In this document: in pieces, positions 51,721-64,000 of the stretch
Layout of the letters: the number at the start of each line of letters is the position of its first letter
Numbering within the stretch: the stretch's first letter is position 1
NCBI RefSeq assembly: GCF_963921235.1
Contig: NC_086108.1
Span: 80,664,001 to 80,728,000 of the forward strand
Length of the DNA stretch: 64,000 nucleotides
Direction: 5' to 3'
Source: Mobula hypostoma
Taxonomy: Eukaryota
The notes under the pieces: model-generated
The model's input: the letters and a program-made list of their open reading frames with translations, nothing else
Databases searched by the model: none
Told to the model about the DNA's origin: nothing
Program-made: the position numbers and the translations under genes

Positions 51721-53309
51721 GGTAGGAAACTCTGCACCGCCCTGCACATCGACTGCTTATGCACTGCACTGAAATATTCGCTGATGCTTTCTTCCAAGAC
51801 TTTCAACTGTAAGCTGTGGAATTTGTACAATTTATGGTTTCATGCCAGCTTTTTTTCTGGCTCTGCAGGCAGTATCCAATCCATGTAACATCTGCACCCA
51901 AAGACAAAGTTTGCAGTCTTTATTTCAAACATAAACATACCGTAATAAAAATCTAAAGATTTATTCAAAAGCAAGGTCCTAGATTTTGGTCACTTCCTTC
52001 TGATTCACTAACTCACAGATGAAAAGTAAGCAGTGTGGTAAAGTGGTCCAGGGGGACCATTGAAAAATACTGAGCAGACACAAGCTTGCATGTGTGATGC
52101 CTGACTAATAGCAGCCACAGCTTTAATTCTCAGTGGGTCATCCCTTATTTATACAAGAGAGATATACAAGAAGATTAATTTTGCAAATATTATAGTGCTG
52201 CCAGTATCACCGAAACTTGGCAGCTGTAAACATTGCAGAATTAACAAAGTAAAAGCCATTGAAATACCACACCCAATCACAATGTCAGCAATTAAGAGGT
52301 CCTGAAGCACTAAAACACCAAGGAACAAAACACCATTTCTCTAATTTGCATTCCAATTTCTAACCAGTTTTGAAACTAACTATACAACAGAGAACAAGGC
52401 AGATGGGCATCTAGAGAAAAGTTAGCAGATGACTTTAATTAAACAGCGGTTGCATTATAAGACAGAGTGCTTTGAGGTGCGTTCTGCATCCAAGAAATTG
52501 TTTCACATCCAGTCAACGTAAGAAGACTGCACTCTAAAATTTGCGGTAGGTTAAACAATTTTGGCCACCCGAAAGGAAATGCCTAACATTTCTTGCAGTT
52601 ACATACATTCAATTACACAAGCATTTAGTGTTGCACCCAGTGATCCACTCACTATATCTCTAAAAATAACACAAGAAGCAGGCAGCAGAGAGTTTAGGTA
52701 CTATCCTCGTGGAGCTAAGATTTAACTTTAGTTCTCCCCTAACAAATTGGACAGCTTCCCTGCAATTCATTAGCAAATAATTTTATAAATTTGGCTCCTT
52801 TTCAAGTCCTTTTATTCAAGTTCACAATAAAAGGCATATTCCTTCAACAGTTTCACATCTCTCCTGGATGTCGCAAATAGCGACAAAGAGATGTAAAACT
52901 GACCAACAATTTGCACAGGAAAAGGCTTCCAGTTCTTTTTTCTCCCCTCATCCCCATTCTCCATTACCAAAATCAGCAATATTGCTATCTCTGTTATCTG
53001 TGAATTGCGAACTGGTGGTTTGTATAATGTTGCTTCATTATTCCAAAAAGAATTTGAAAATACAAAATATTACGTTCAATGTTAAAATAGATTTATATCT
53101 CAAATATAAAATAAATTTTTTGAACTCTTTCTATAGAGAGCTCAGTCTTAAGTTAATGCTGAAGACAATGTTGGAGCAAAACTTTACTTTTAACAAAGCT
53201 CTATTCAGCATCTGTACTGGTAATGTAGAATATTACCTTTATTTAAAATCCTTATCTAAGTATATAATTATCTTGATGCATCTCAGCATAGATAATACAA
53301 AGCTATTCA

Positions 53310-53822
53310 TTATTGAGGTTCCGCAGCAGGCCGGCACCGCCAGCATCCACGCATTACTCAGTCACAGATGCCTGAGATGGTTGGGCCGTGTCAAACGGAC
53401 GGACCAGGGACACTTTCCCAAGGACATGCTGCAGGATGAGCTGAGTGAAGGTTACCGCCCACGAGGAAGACCATGCCTCCGTTACAGGGATGTCTGCAAG
53501 TGAGACGTGAAGCTGACGGGCATCGGCCTGAACACATGGGAGGAAACAGTCGAAGACCAGACAGCACGGAGGGTCGCAGTCAAAAGCACGGTACACTGTA
53601 CTGAGATAGCAGGGACCTACATGCTCATCAACGAGAGAGGCAGAAGAAAAGCCAGAGCACCTTCCTCCGTCACCTGCAGCCACTGTGAACGAGACTGTCA
53701 CTCTAGAGTGGGGCTCTACAGCCACTGCAGAGAGTGCAAATAGCCCCAAGTCTACAAGACTAAGAACCATCAGAGAAGTGTCACACCATCAACTCTCGAG
53801 ACATAAGGATGCCAGTGATGAC
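53310..53822 (+). mobile_element. RTE-clade LINE 3' end
   Basis: LRWLGRVKR..PKDMLQDEL..RPRGRPCLRYRD and terminal CSHCERDCHSRVGLYSH zinc finger. Confidence 0.88.
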
Positions 53823-53827
53823 AATTA

Positions 53828-54103
53828 GTTATAGGAGCAGAATTAAGCTATTTGGTCCATCAAGTCCACTCCACCAGTTGATCATGGCTGATTTTTTTTT
53901 CTCTCTGAAACTCAACCTTCTACCTTCTTCCCCTGTAACCTTTGACTTGGCCTCCACAGCCAACCGTAGCAATGAATTCCAGATACACTATTCTCTGGCT
54001 GAAAAAATTCCTCCTCATCCCTGCACTAAAGGGGTGCCCTTCGGTCTCCGACTTTCCCACGTTTGGGGAAATCCTTTCCACATCCACTCTGTCTAGGCCT
54101 ATC
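53828..54103 (-). mobile_element. Deleted CR1 3' fragment
   Basis: GLDRVDVER..MRRNFFSQR; CR1 3' UTR. Confidence 0.7.
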
Positions 54104-54202
54104 ACATAATGTTAAAAATGATAAAATAATTGAACAAACGCACAAACAGTAGGAAATATAATGACTCTGGAAGACACCGCTATCGGTGATTTATTATCCT
54201 GA

Positions 54203-54766
54203 GCAAAACACACAAAATGCTGGAGGAACGCTGGAGGAACTCTGCAGGCCAGACAGCACCTGTGGAAAGAGGTTAAAACAGTCGATGTTTCAGGCCAAGA
54301 CCCTTCATCAGGACTGGAAAGGAAGGGGAGAAGTCGGAGTAAGAAGGTGGGGGGATGGGAGGAAGGAGTACAAGGTGGCAGGTGATAGGTGAAACCGGGA
54401 AGTGGGGGGGGGGGTGAAGTAAAGAGCTGGGAAGATGATTAGTGAAAGGGCTGGAAAAGGGGAAATTTAATAGGAGAGGGTAGAAGACCATGGAAGAATG
54501 GGAAGGGGAAGGAGCACCAAAGGGAAGTGTTGGGCAGGTAAGGAGATAAGCGAAGAGAGGGAAACAGGAATGAGGAATGGTGAAGGAGAGGAGGGGAGGC
54601 TGCAGACTGACAAATCGGAACTGGAATGAGAAGCAGATTCCATGGTTGATGGTCTCCTCTAATACCATGATGAGGCCACACTCAGGTTGGAGGAACAAAC
54701 CTTATATTCTGTCTTAGTAACCTCCAACCTGATGGCATGAATATTGATTTCTCAAACTTCTGGTAA
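54203..54766. mobile_element. Penelope-like element with internal inversion
   Basis: 54203-54600 is pLTR/UTR on the minus strand with hammerhead core at 54279-54316 (CTGATGA..GAAAC-ATC). 54640-54766 is the GIY-YIG C-terminus on the plus strand. Confidence 0.78.
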
Positions 54767-55014
54767 TGGAACAAGTAGGAGATGGTGAGCCTTCCACCAT
54801 GTTTCTCATACTTGAATGTTTCCTGCCTTTCAAAGTCTGAACAGTACTTTTTTTCGTCAGAGAATTCTTTTTTTGATATTAACTCCAGTGATCTCCAAAG
54901 TCACTCAATTACTCAAGTAGTTTTATGGCTACCAGAACCAATGTGTCACTGTTTTTAAAATATTTTTCACAGTAACTGATTCTTCAATAGTATTTTATAC
55001 CGGGCACTGGTGTA

Positions 55015-57248
55015 CATAGAACATTGAACACAGAACATAGAATAGTACAGCACAGTACAGGCTCTTCAGCCCACAACGTTGTGCCGACCTTCAAACCCCG
55101 CCTCCCATATAAGCCCCCAACTTAAATTCCTCCATATACCTGTCTAATAGTCTCTTAAACGTCACTAGTGTATCTGCCTCCACCACTGACTCAGGCAGTG
55201 CATTCCATTCACCAACCACTCTCTGAGTAAAAAACCTTCCTCTAATATCCCCCTTGAACTTCCCACCCCCTACCTTAAAGCCATGTCCTCCTGTACTGAG
55301 CAGTGGTGCCCTGGGGAAGAGGCACTGGCTGTCCACTCTATCTATTCCTCTTATTATCTTGTACACCTCTATCATGTCTCCTCTCATCCTCCTTCTCTCC
55401 AAACAGTAAAGCCCTAGCTCCCTTAATCTCTGATCATAATGCATACTCTCTAAACCAGGCAGCATCCTGGTAAATCTCCTCTGTACCCTTTCCAATGCTT
55501 CCACATCCTTCCTATAGTGAGGCGACCAGAACTGGACACAGTTCTCCAAGTGTGGCCTAACCAGAGTTCTATAGAGCTGCATCATTACATCACAACTCTT
55601 AAACTCTATCCCTCGACTTATGAAAGCTAACACCCCATAAGCTTCCTTAACTACCCTATCCACCTGTGAGGCAACTTTCAGGGATCTGTGGACATGTACC
55701 CCCAGATCCCTCTGCTCCTCCACACTACCAAGTATCCTGCCATTTACTTTGTACTCTGCCTTGGAGTTTGGTCTTCCAAAGTGTACCACCTCACACTTTT
55801 CCGGGTTGGACTCCATCTGCCACTTCTCAGCCCACTTCTACATTCTATCAATATTTCTCTGCAATCTTTGACAATCCTCTACACTATCTACAACACCACC
55901 AACCTTTGTGTCATCTGCAAACTTGCCAACCCACCCTTCTACCCCCACATCCAGGTCGTTAATAAAAATCACGAAAAGTAAAGGTCCCAGAACAGATCCT
56001 TGTGGGACACCACTAGTCACAACCCTCCAATCTAAATGTGCTCCCTCCACCACAACCCTCTGCCTTCTGCAGGCAAGCCAATTCTGAATCCACCTGGACA
56101 AACTTCCCTGGATCCCATGCCTTCTGACTTTCTGAATAAGCCTACCATGTGGAACCTTGTCAAATGCCTTACTAAAATCCATATAGATCACATCCACTGC
56201 ACTACCCTCATCTATATGTCTGGTCACCTCCTCAAAGTACTCTATCAGGCTTGTTAGACATGATCTGCCCGTCACAAAGCCATGCTGACTGTCCCTGACC
56301 AGACCATGATTCCCTAAATGCCCAGAGATCCTATCTCTAAGAATCTTTTCCAAAAGCTTTCCCACCACAGACATAAGACTCACTGCTCTATAATTACCCG
56401 GACTATCCCTACTACCTTTTTTGAACAAGGGGACAACATTCGCCTCCCTCCAATCCTCCGGTACCATTCCCGTGGACAACGAGGACATAAAGATCCTAGT
56501 CAGAGGCTCAGCAATCTCTTCCCTTGCCTCATGGAGCAGCCTAGGGAATATTCCGTCAAGCCCCGGGGACTTATCCATCTTAATGTATTTTAACAACTCC
56601 AACATCTCCTCTCCCTTAATATCAACATGCTCCAGAACATCAGCCTCACTCATATTGTCCTCACCATCATCAAGTTCCCTCCCATTGGTGAATACTGAAG
56701 AGAAGTATTCATTGAGGGCCTCGCTCACTTCCACAGCCTCCAGGCACACCTTCCCACCTTCATCTCTAATCGGTCCTACCTTCACTCCTGTCATCCTTTT
56801 TTTCTTCACATAATTGAAGAATGCTTTGGGGTTTTCATTTACCCTACTCGCCAAGGCCTTCTCATGCCCCCTTCTTGCTCTTCTCAGCCCCTTCTTAAGC
56901 TCCTTTCTTGCTTCCCTCTATTCCTCAATAGACCCATCTGATCCTTGCTTCCTCGACCTCATGTATGCTGCCTTCTTCCACCTGACTCGATTTTCCACCT
57001 CACTTGTCACCCATGGTTCCTTCACCCTACCTTCTTTATCTTCCTCACTGGGACAAATTTATCCCTGACATCCTGCAAGAGATCTCCAAACATCAACCAC
57101 ATGTCCATAGTACATTTCCCTGCAAAAACATCATCCCAATTCACACCCGCAAGTTCTAGCCTTATAGCCTCATAATTTGCCCTTCCCCACTTAAAAATTT
57201 TTCTGTCCTCTCTGATTCTATCCTTTTCCATGATAATGCTAAAGGCCA
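55015..57248 (-). mobile_element. CR1 LINE, relatively intact 5'-truncated ORF2
   Basis: ORFs 55838-56854 (full RT core, FADD), 55091-55816 and 57022-57267; CATAGAA repeat tail. Confidence 0.95.
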
Positions 57249-58357
57249 TAGGCACAAGCTTCATCAATAAAAAAACATTTACTTAGAACATCTCACTCAG
57301 CAATTTTCAGTAATGCCATTTAAACCTTCAATGCAATTTCAACATATTTCAACAGCAGTTATTAGCATCAGCCACATCATTAGTAAAACTACAAAGAGCA
57401 GGAAAAAACATCTATTTATAATTTCTCCCAGTAAGTGATAAAAGTGCTAATTACAGCTTAGCAAAGCCAGACAGATTGAAAGCTTGAAGATCTTCAACCA
57501 AATTATTTCATCTGACCCAGACTAATGGTAAAAACGTGCTATGTGTAACAATCACCCAAGGATTTCTGATTCGCTTATTACCGCTATGTGTGTTAGCACA
57601 ATTCAAACACAAGAAAGCAGAAAACAAAAGTTACATTAGAAATAGTAAAAAATAAAAATCTGAATGAACATCAGAAAATAAGGAAACTTTTTCTGTCACT
57701 ATAAATGATTAACAGGGATTAACAGCATGAGGAAGAAAGCACAAGTTTGAATAGAAAGTGGAGGGAAAAAAAGTAATAGAATTTGTCCTGAGAGTAACAT
57801 GTGAAATGAAGTGCAGAATTGGTTTATGATCCACCTGCCTCTTGTTCACTTTGGCTAACAGCAATATTGATGCTACTACATCAGCAAACTTTGTATTCAT
57901 GCCCTGTTCCCGTAGTTCAACCACAGGTCCACAATATTGAGATTTGGGCATTGAACCCTTACAGGTTCTGTGTTTTAGATAAGAAGGCAATAAAGCAAAT
58001 CTCCAGCTGCATCCATAGCACATCTTCCTAATGTTCAGTTCAATATTTATTCTTCAGCCAAGAATACTGAACAGAGAAACACGGATTATCTTGTTAAATA
58101 CTTTAAATCCATTGATCAGACCACACTGTACAAAAACTCTCTGCCATCTCTGCCTAGTCTTCAATGGTACTTCGTTGCCTTTGGGGTCGCTTGAATAGGA
58201 AAGGCATTGTGTCAAAGCAAGTTTTTTTACTTCGTTTGTAAATAACTATGACGAGCACCAGAGATGGTGTTGGTGTAGACAATTCCCCCTAACTTTTCAA
58301 AATCGCAAAAGATACAAGGTTCAAGAGGGGAAATGGGAAGCATATCCATGAAGTGAA

Positions 58358-58359
<2 letters not shown>

Positions 58360-58397
<38 letters not shown>
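58360..58397. repeat. (CA)n microsatellite
   Basis: Uninterrupted CA run. Confidence 0.95.
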
Positions 58398-58399
<2 letters not shown>

Positions 58400-59579
58400 A
58401 ATAAATAACTGTTCTGGAAAGATGAAAGTTTAACCTCTTGACTCTTTGCTTTGATCTTAGTCACATCAGTAAGTGGGTAATGGTTGTTATCCAGAGAAAC
58501 CCATCTGTTGTCAATTGCAAAATGAATGATCACTTCAGAAATCCTCTCATGTTGTGAGAAAATGCCTTTTACAAGCTCTACTTGAATGAATGTTTCCTAT
58601 GAAAACAATTAGATCACACTGTCAACAAAAAGCATCACCTTGCGCAATTTCCTGCTCTTGGAATATTTTTTCTGAATGACTGTTCCCCTGCTCAAAATGT
58701 GCAAGTTAATTTTTCAACATTAATTCAGTTCTTTCCTGGTCATTTCATTGTACTGTACAAGGCTAGAAAATACTTTCACCACCTACCAATAATTGAGCAG
58801 AAATATTGAATCCCAAGTAACATGAATACATTTGAAAGAGATATGTATATGAGTGTAACTATAATATCATCATGCACATTCCGTAGTGTGTGTTGGCATT
58901 CCAAGATCTCCAATGTGAATTGTCCACACAGCAAGAACAAAAACTGGGAAGTGATAAAGAGAATTTGGATCATGTTTTGATACTGGAGTGACAGGAATAT
59001 TGATTATAATGCAGCAGATGTCAACTTTCAGTCCCAGTTAGGAACCAACCAAGCACTTACACATTGATGTAATTAACAAGTTTATATTCTCTAGTCAATT
59101 AAAGGTTGCCTCAGGAATCAAATAAGGTCAAGTTTGATAATATAGGCCAGATTTGCTCCTTTGAACATAATCAACCTTTTTAATAACTCAAAAATATAAA
59201 CCTGGAGGCTACACAACATTAAAAACACTTCATTTCCACAGCAGAATACACAGAAGTAAGGAGAAAGTCCATTCAATCTCTTTCACTACTATTTATTCAT
59301 CTGTCAATGCAAATGATTCTATTGTATAAACAATATAGAAACCCACTGGTGTTCAGGCTGCACATGAACCTCTTCCTCTCCATCTTCTTCTAAATCTATC
59401 TGGTTATCTTTTCCTTTCTCCTTTATGTGCGTACCCGATCTAATCTTCTATAAATCTACGTTTCAATCAATTCCCCAACATTATGAACAATGTTAAAGGC
59501 ATTCCCTCTGAATCTCCTACCAGATGTCTCAGTGACTCTCTTATATTGCTGGTCCCTTCTCTCTAAGTGGAAACACGTC

Positions 59580-59865
59580 CATCATTAAAGATCCTCTCCA
59601 ACCGGGAGATGCCCTCTTTGCATTACTATCATTGGGGAGGAGATACAAGAGCCTGCAGAAAAACATTCAATGTTTTAAGAAGGCTTCCTCCCCTTTGCCA
59701 TCTAGTTTACAAATTGTGTATGAAGCTTTGACCTCTACCTCACAATGTCTTTTGCAAGACTCATGTATTTTGTAATTTGTGGTATTTTTATGTCTTACAC
59801 TATACTACTGCTGCAAAATAACACATTTTATTACCTTTGTCAGTGATAATAACCCTCATTCTGTT
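59580..59865 (+). mobile_element. Old Rex1/Babar-type 3' remnant
   Basis: IIKDPLQPGDALFALLSLGRRYKSL motif; gtcagtgataataa tail. Confidence 0.6.
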
Positions 59866-60126
59866 GCTCTTAAAGCCACTCTTTCAAAACCTATCATCTT
59901 ACAGATCTCCATTACCTCACAGCAAAAGAGAAACAAAATTGACTTTACCTTTCATAGCCTCTTTATTACATTTTACGATACGTACAGAACTGTGAACAAT
60001 ATTCTTTCCATGGTCTTACCAAAGTTCAGCAATAACTTCTCCACTGAAGTAAACCCTTCTGCTAGATTTTCTTCCTTTATCTGGACTTGCAACATTTAAG
60101 ACTGATGCAATTGTGCTCTGATATTC

Positions 60127-63100
60127 ATAGAAACTTAGAAAACCTACAGCACACTACAGGCCCTTCGGCCCACAATGTTGTGCCGAACATGTATTTACTT
60201 TAGAAATTACCTCGGGTTACCCATAGCCCTCTATTTCACTAAGCTCCATGTACCTGTCCAAGTGCCTCTTAAAAGACCCTATTGTATTCGCCTCCACCAC
60301 CGTCACCAGCAGCCCATTCCATGCACTCACGAGTCTCTGCATACAATCTTACCCCTGACATCTCCTCTGTACCTACTTCCAAGCACCTTAAAACCATGCC
60401 CTCATGTGTTAGCCACTTCAGTCCTGGGGAAAAGCCTCTGACTATCCACACGATCAAGGCCTCTCATCATCTTATACACCTCTATCAGGTCACCTCTCAT
60501 CTTACGTCACTCCAAGGAGAACAGGCTGAGTTCACTCAACCTATTCATATAAGGCATGCTCCCCAATCCAAGCAACGTTCTTGTAAATCCAGTCGTCACA
60601 CTTTCTATAGCTTCCACATCTTTCCTGTAGTGAGGTGACCAGAACTGAGCATAGTACTCCAGGTGAGGTCTGACCAGGGTCCTATATAACTATAACATTA
60701 CCTCTCGGCTCTTGAACTCAATCCCACGGTTGATGAAGGCCAATACGCTGTATGCCTTCTTAACCACACAGTCAACCTGCGCAGCAACTTTGAGTGCCGG
60801 ATGGACTTGGACCCCAAGATCCCTCTGATCCTCCACACTGCCAAGAGACTTACCATTAATATTATATTCTGCCATCATATTTGACCTACCAAAATGAACC
60901 ACCTCATACTTATCTGGGTTGAACTCCATCTGCCACATCTCAGCCCAGTTTTGCATCCTATCGATGTCCCACTGTAACCTCGGACAGCCCTCCACACTAT
61001 CCACAACACCTCCAACCTTTGAGTCATCAGCAAATTTACTAACCCATCTCTCCACTTCCTCAACCAGGTCATTTATAAAAATCACAAAGAACAGGGGTCC
61101 CAGAACAGTTTCCTGAGGCACATCACTGGTCACCAACCTCCATGCAGAATATGACCCATCTACAAACACTTCTTGCCTTCTGTATGCAAGCCAGTTCCGG
61201 ATCCACAAAGCAATGTCCCCTTGGATCCCATGCCTCCTTAATTTCTCAATAAGCCTTACATGGCCTTATCCATATGCTGAAATCCACATACAGTCAGCCC
61301 TCCGTACCCACGGATACCAAATTCTGCGGATGCTCAAGTCTGGTATATAAAATGGTGTAGTATTTGTATATAACCCACACACATCCTCCCGTATACTTTA
61401 AATCATCGCTAGATTTCTTATAATACCTAAAACAACGTAAATGCTATGTAAATCGTTGTTATACTGTATTGTTTAGGGAATAATGACAAGAAAAAAAGTC
61501 TGTACATGTTCAGCACAGACCCAACCATCGTAGCTCTTCTGGGAACGCTGGTTCAGCCAATGCCGATTCTCCCGTGATCTTTAAGTTCTTGAGGCTGTAG
61601 CGCTTTACCTAGCTAGCCAGCCATCCCTTACTAACCTTAAACTCCTTCCTCTCGCTCATAACACAAGTAGCGAACAAACGAGACGCGAGACGGACAATGC
61701 TCAAACAATGAGTAATACTTTTAATCATCTCTAGATTACAGTACTTTACACTCCCTCTTAGACTTTGAGGAATTGCTTTGACCACTTAATTGCTTTTTAG
61801 GAGCCATTTTTTAACAGAAACAAAGGGTGCACACAACACAAGTAGCAACCGAACGAGTGCTGGACAGAGAACTTCCGGGGGTTTTTTTTTTCGATCCCGA
61901 TCCGTGGTTGGTTGAATTCGCGGATGCGGAACCTACGGATACGAAGGGCCGACTGTACACTACATCTTCTGCGCTACCTTCACCAATATGTTTAGTCACA
62001 TCCTCAAAAAATTTAATCAGGCTCATGAGGCACGACCTGCCTTTGACAAAGCCATGCTGAATATTCCTAATCATATTATGCCTCTCCAATTGTTCATAAA
62101 TCCTGCCTCTCAGGATCTTCTCCATCAACTTACCAACCACTGAAGTAAGACTCACTGGTCGATAATTTACTGGGCTCTTTCTACTTCTTTCCTTAAATAA
62201 GGGAACAACATCCACAACCCTCCAATCCTCCGGAACTTCTCCTGTCCATATTGATGATGTAAAGATCATTGCCAGAGGCTCAGCAATCTCTTCTCTCGCC
62301 TACCACAGTAGCCTGGGGTACATCTCATCTAGTTCCGGTGACACATCCAACTTGATGCTTTCCAAAAGCTCCAGCACATCCTCTTTCTTAATGTCTATAT
62401 GCTCAAGCTTTTCAGTCCGCTGTACATCATCTCTACAATCGCCAAGGTCCTTTTCCGTAGTGAATACTGAAGCAAAGTATTCATTAAATACCTCCACTAC
62501 CTCCTCCGGTTCCATACACACTTTTCCCACTGTCACACTTGATTGGTCCTGTTCTCTCACATCTTCTCCTTTTGCTCTTCACATACTTGTAGAATGCTTT
62601 GGGGTTTTCCTTAATCCTGCTCGCCAAGACCTTCTCATGTCTCCTTCTGGCTCTCCTAATTTCATTCTTAAGTTCCTTCCTGCTAGCCTTATAATTTTCT
62701 AGATCTCTATCATTACTTAGTTTTTTGAACCTTTCGTAAGCTTTTCTTTTCTTCTTGACGAGATTTACAACAGCCTTTGTACTCCACGGTTCCTGTACCC
62801 TACCATCCTTTCCCTGTCTCACTGGAACGTACATGTGCAGAATGCCATGCAAGTATCCCCTGAAGATTTGCCACATTTCTGCCATACACTTCCCCTGAGA
62901 ACTTCTGTTCCCAATTTATGCTTCTAAGTTCCTGCTTGATAGCTTCATATTTCCCCTTACTCCAAGTAAACGCTTTGCTAACTTGTTTGTTCCTATCCCT
63001 CTCCAATGTTACGGTAAAGGAGATTGAATTATAATCACTATCTCCTAAATGCTCTCCCACTGAGAGACCTGACACCTGACCAGTTTCATTTCCCAATACC

Positions 63101-64000
63101 AGATCAAGTACAGCCTCTCCTCTTATAGGTTTATCTACATACTGTGTCAGGAAACCTTCCTGAACACACCTAACAAACTCCACCCCATCTAAACCCCTTG
63201 CTCTAGGGAGACGCCAATCAATATTGGGGAAATTCAAATCCCCCATCACGACAACCCTGCTATTACTGCACCGTTCCAGAATCTGTCTCCCTATCTGCTC
63301 CTCAATGTCCCTGTTACTATTGGGTGGTCTATAAAAACTCCCAGTAGAGTTATTGACCTCTTCCTGTTTGTAACTTACACCCACAGAGATTCAGTAGACA
63401 ATCCCTCCATGACTTCCTCCTTTTCTGCAGCTGTGACACTATCTCTGATCAACAGTGCCATGCCCCACCTCCCTCCCTGTCCTGTCCTTTCTGAAACATC
63501 TAAAGCCTGGCACTCTAAGTAGCCATTCCTGCCCCTGAGCCATCCAAATCTCTGTAATGGCCACAACATCATAGCTCCATGATCCACTCTCTAAGCTCAT
63601 TCGCTTTGTTCACGATGCTTCTTGCATTAAAACAGACACATCTCAAGCCAGCAGTCTGAGCTCATCCCTTCTCTATCACCTGCCTAACCTCCCTCTCACA
63701 CTGCCTACAAGCTTTCTCTATTTGTGAACCAACAGCCCCTTCCTCCGACTCTTCAGTTCGGTTCCCACCCCCCAGCTATTCTAGTTGAAACTCTTCCCAA
63801 TAGCCTTAGCAAACCTCCCTGCCAGGATATTGGTCCCCCTCGGATTTAAGTGCATACCGTCCTTTTTGTACAGGTCACGCCTGCCCCAAAAGAGGTCCCA
63901 ATGATCCAGAAATCTGAATCCCTGCCCCCCGCTTCAATCCCTCAGCCACGCATTTATCCTCCATCTCACCCTATTCCTATACTCACTGTCGCGTGGCACA
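60127..64000 (-). mobile_element. Long CR1 LINE: ORF1 C-terminus plus decayed ORF2, runs off window edge
   Basis: ORF1 end at 63781-64000 (RINAWL..FRFLDHW..KDGMHLN, SGNH esterase type); ORF2 start CFNARSIVNK near 63640; YRPPNS; FADD in 60690-61208. Confidence 0.95.
61291..61955. mobile_element. Non-autonomous Tigger element (MER2-like) inserted in CR1 RT
   Basis: TA|cagtcagccctccgta...tacgaagggccgactg|TA; removal restores CR1 EDVVYVDF. Confidence 0.9.

Noticed and set aside
52868..53503. 211-aa ORF as a novel fusion gene
   Set aside because: AT-rich open frame running by chance into an RTE fragment that has an internal stop.
1..64000. Prokaryote-type systems (CRISPR, retron, DGR) suggested by the many RT ORFs
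   Set aside because: All RT fragments are vertebrate LINE types with frameshifts; no operons or repeat-spacer arrays.

Overview
Eukaryotic, AT-rich and transposon-dense DNA. The repeat set (CR1 LINEs, HE1/V-SINEs, Penelope-like elements, Rex1/Babar LINEs) points to a cartilaginous fish, probably a ray; this is inferred, not searched. The only host coding sequence I can support is one 60-nt minus-strand exon at 30553-30612 (LCVDYISSTLTVESACEALQ), which resembles the BTB/BACK junction exon of BTBD19. The window is therefore probably two very large introns. Nearly all ORFs in the track are decayed TE fragments or their antisense shadows. Many insertions have resolvable termini and target-site duplications (TSDs), giving a nested insertion history. 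I see no convincing wholly new biological system. The most interesting signals are: (i) minimal hammerhead ribozymes in Penelope-like elements, two of them sense to the host transcript and flanking the exon; (ii) Tigger elements closely resembling the mammalian MER2 and Tigger6 families as I recall them, plus a Chapaev3 element and a BovB-like RTE end, all horizontal-transfer candidates; (iii) a MITE with a 6-bp TSD and a duplicated terminus; (iv) several chimeric or inverted retro-insertions. Family names come from recalled sequences and need database confirmation.
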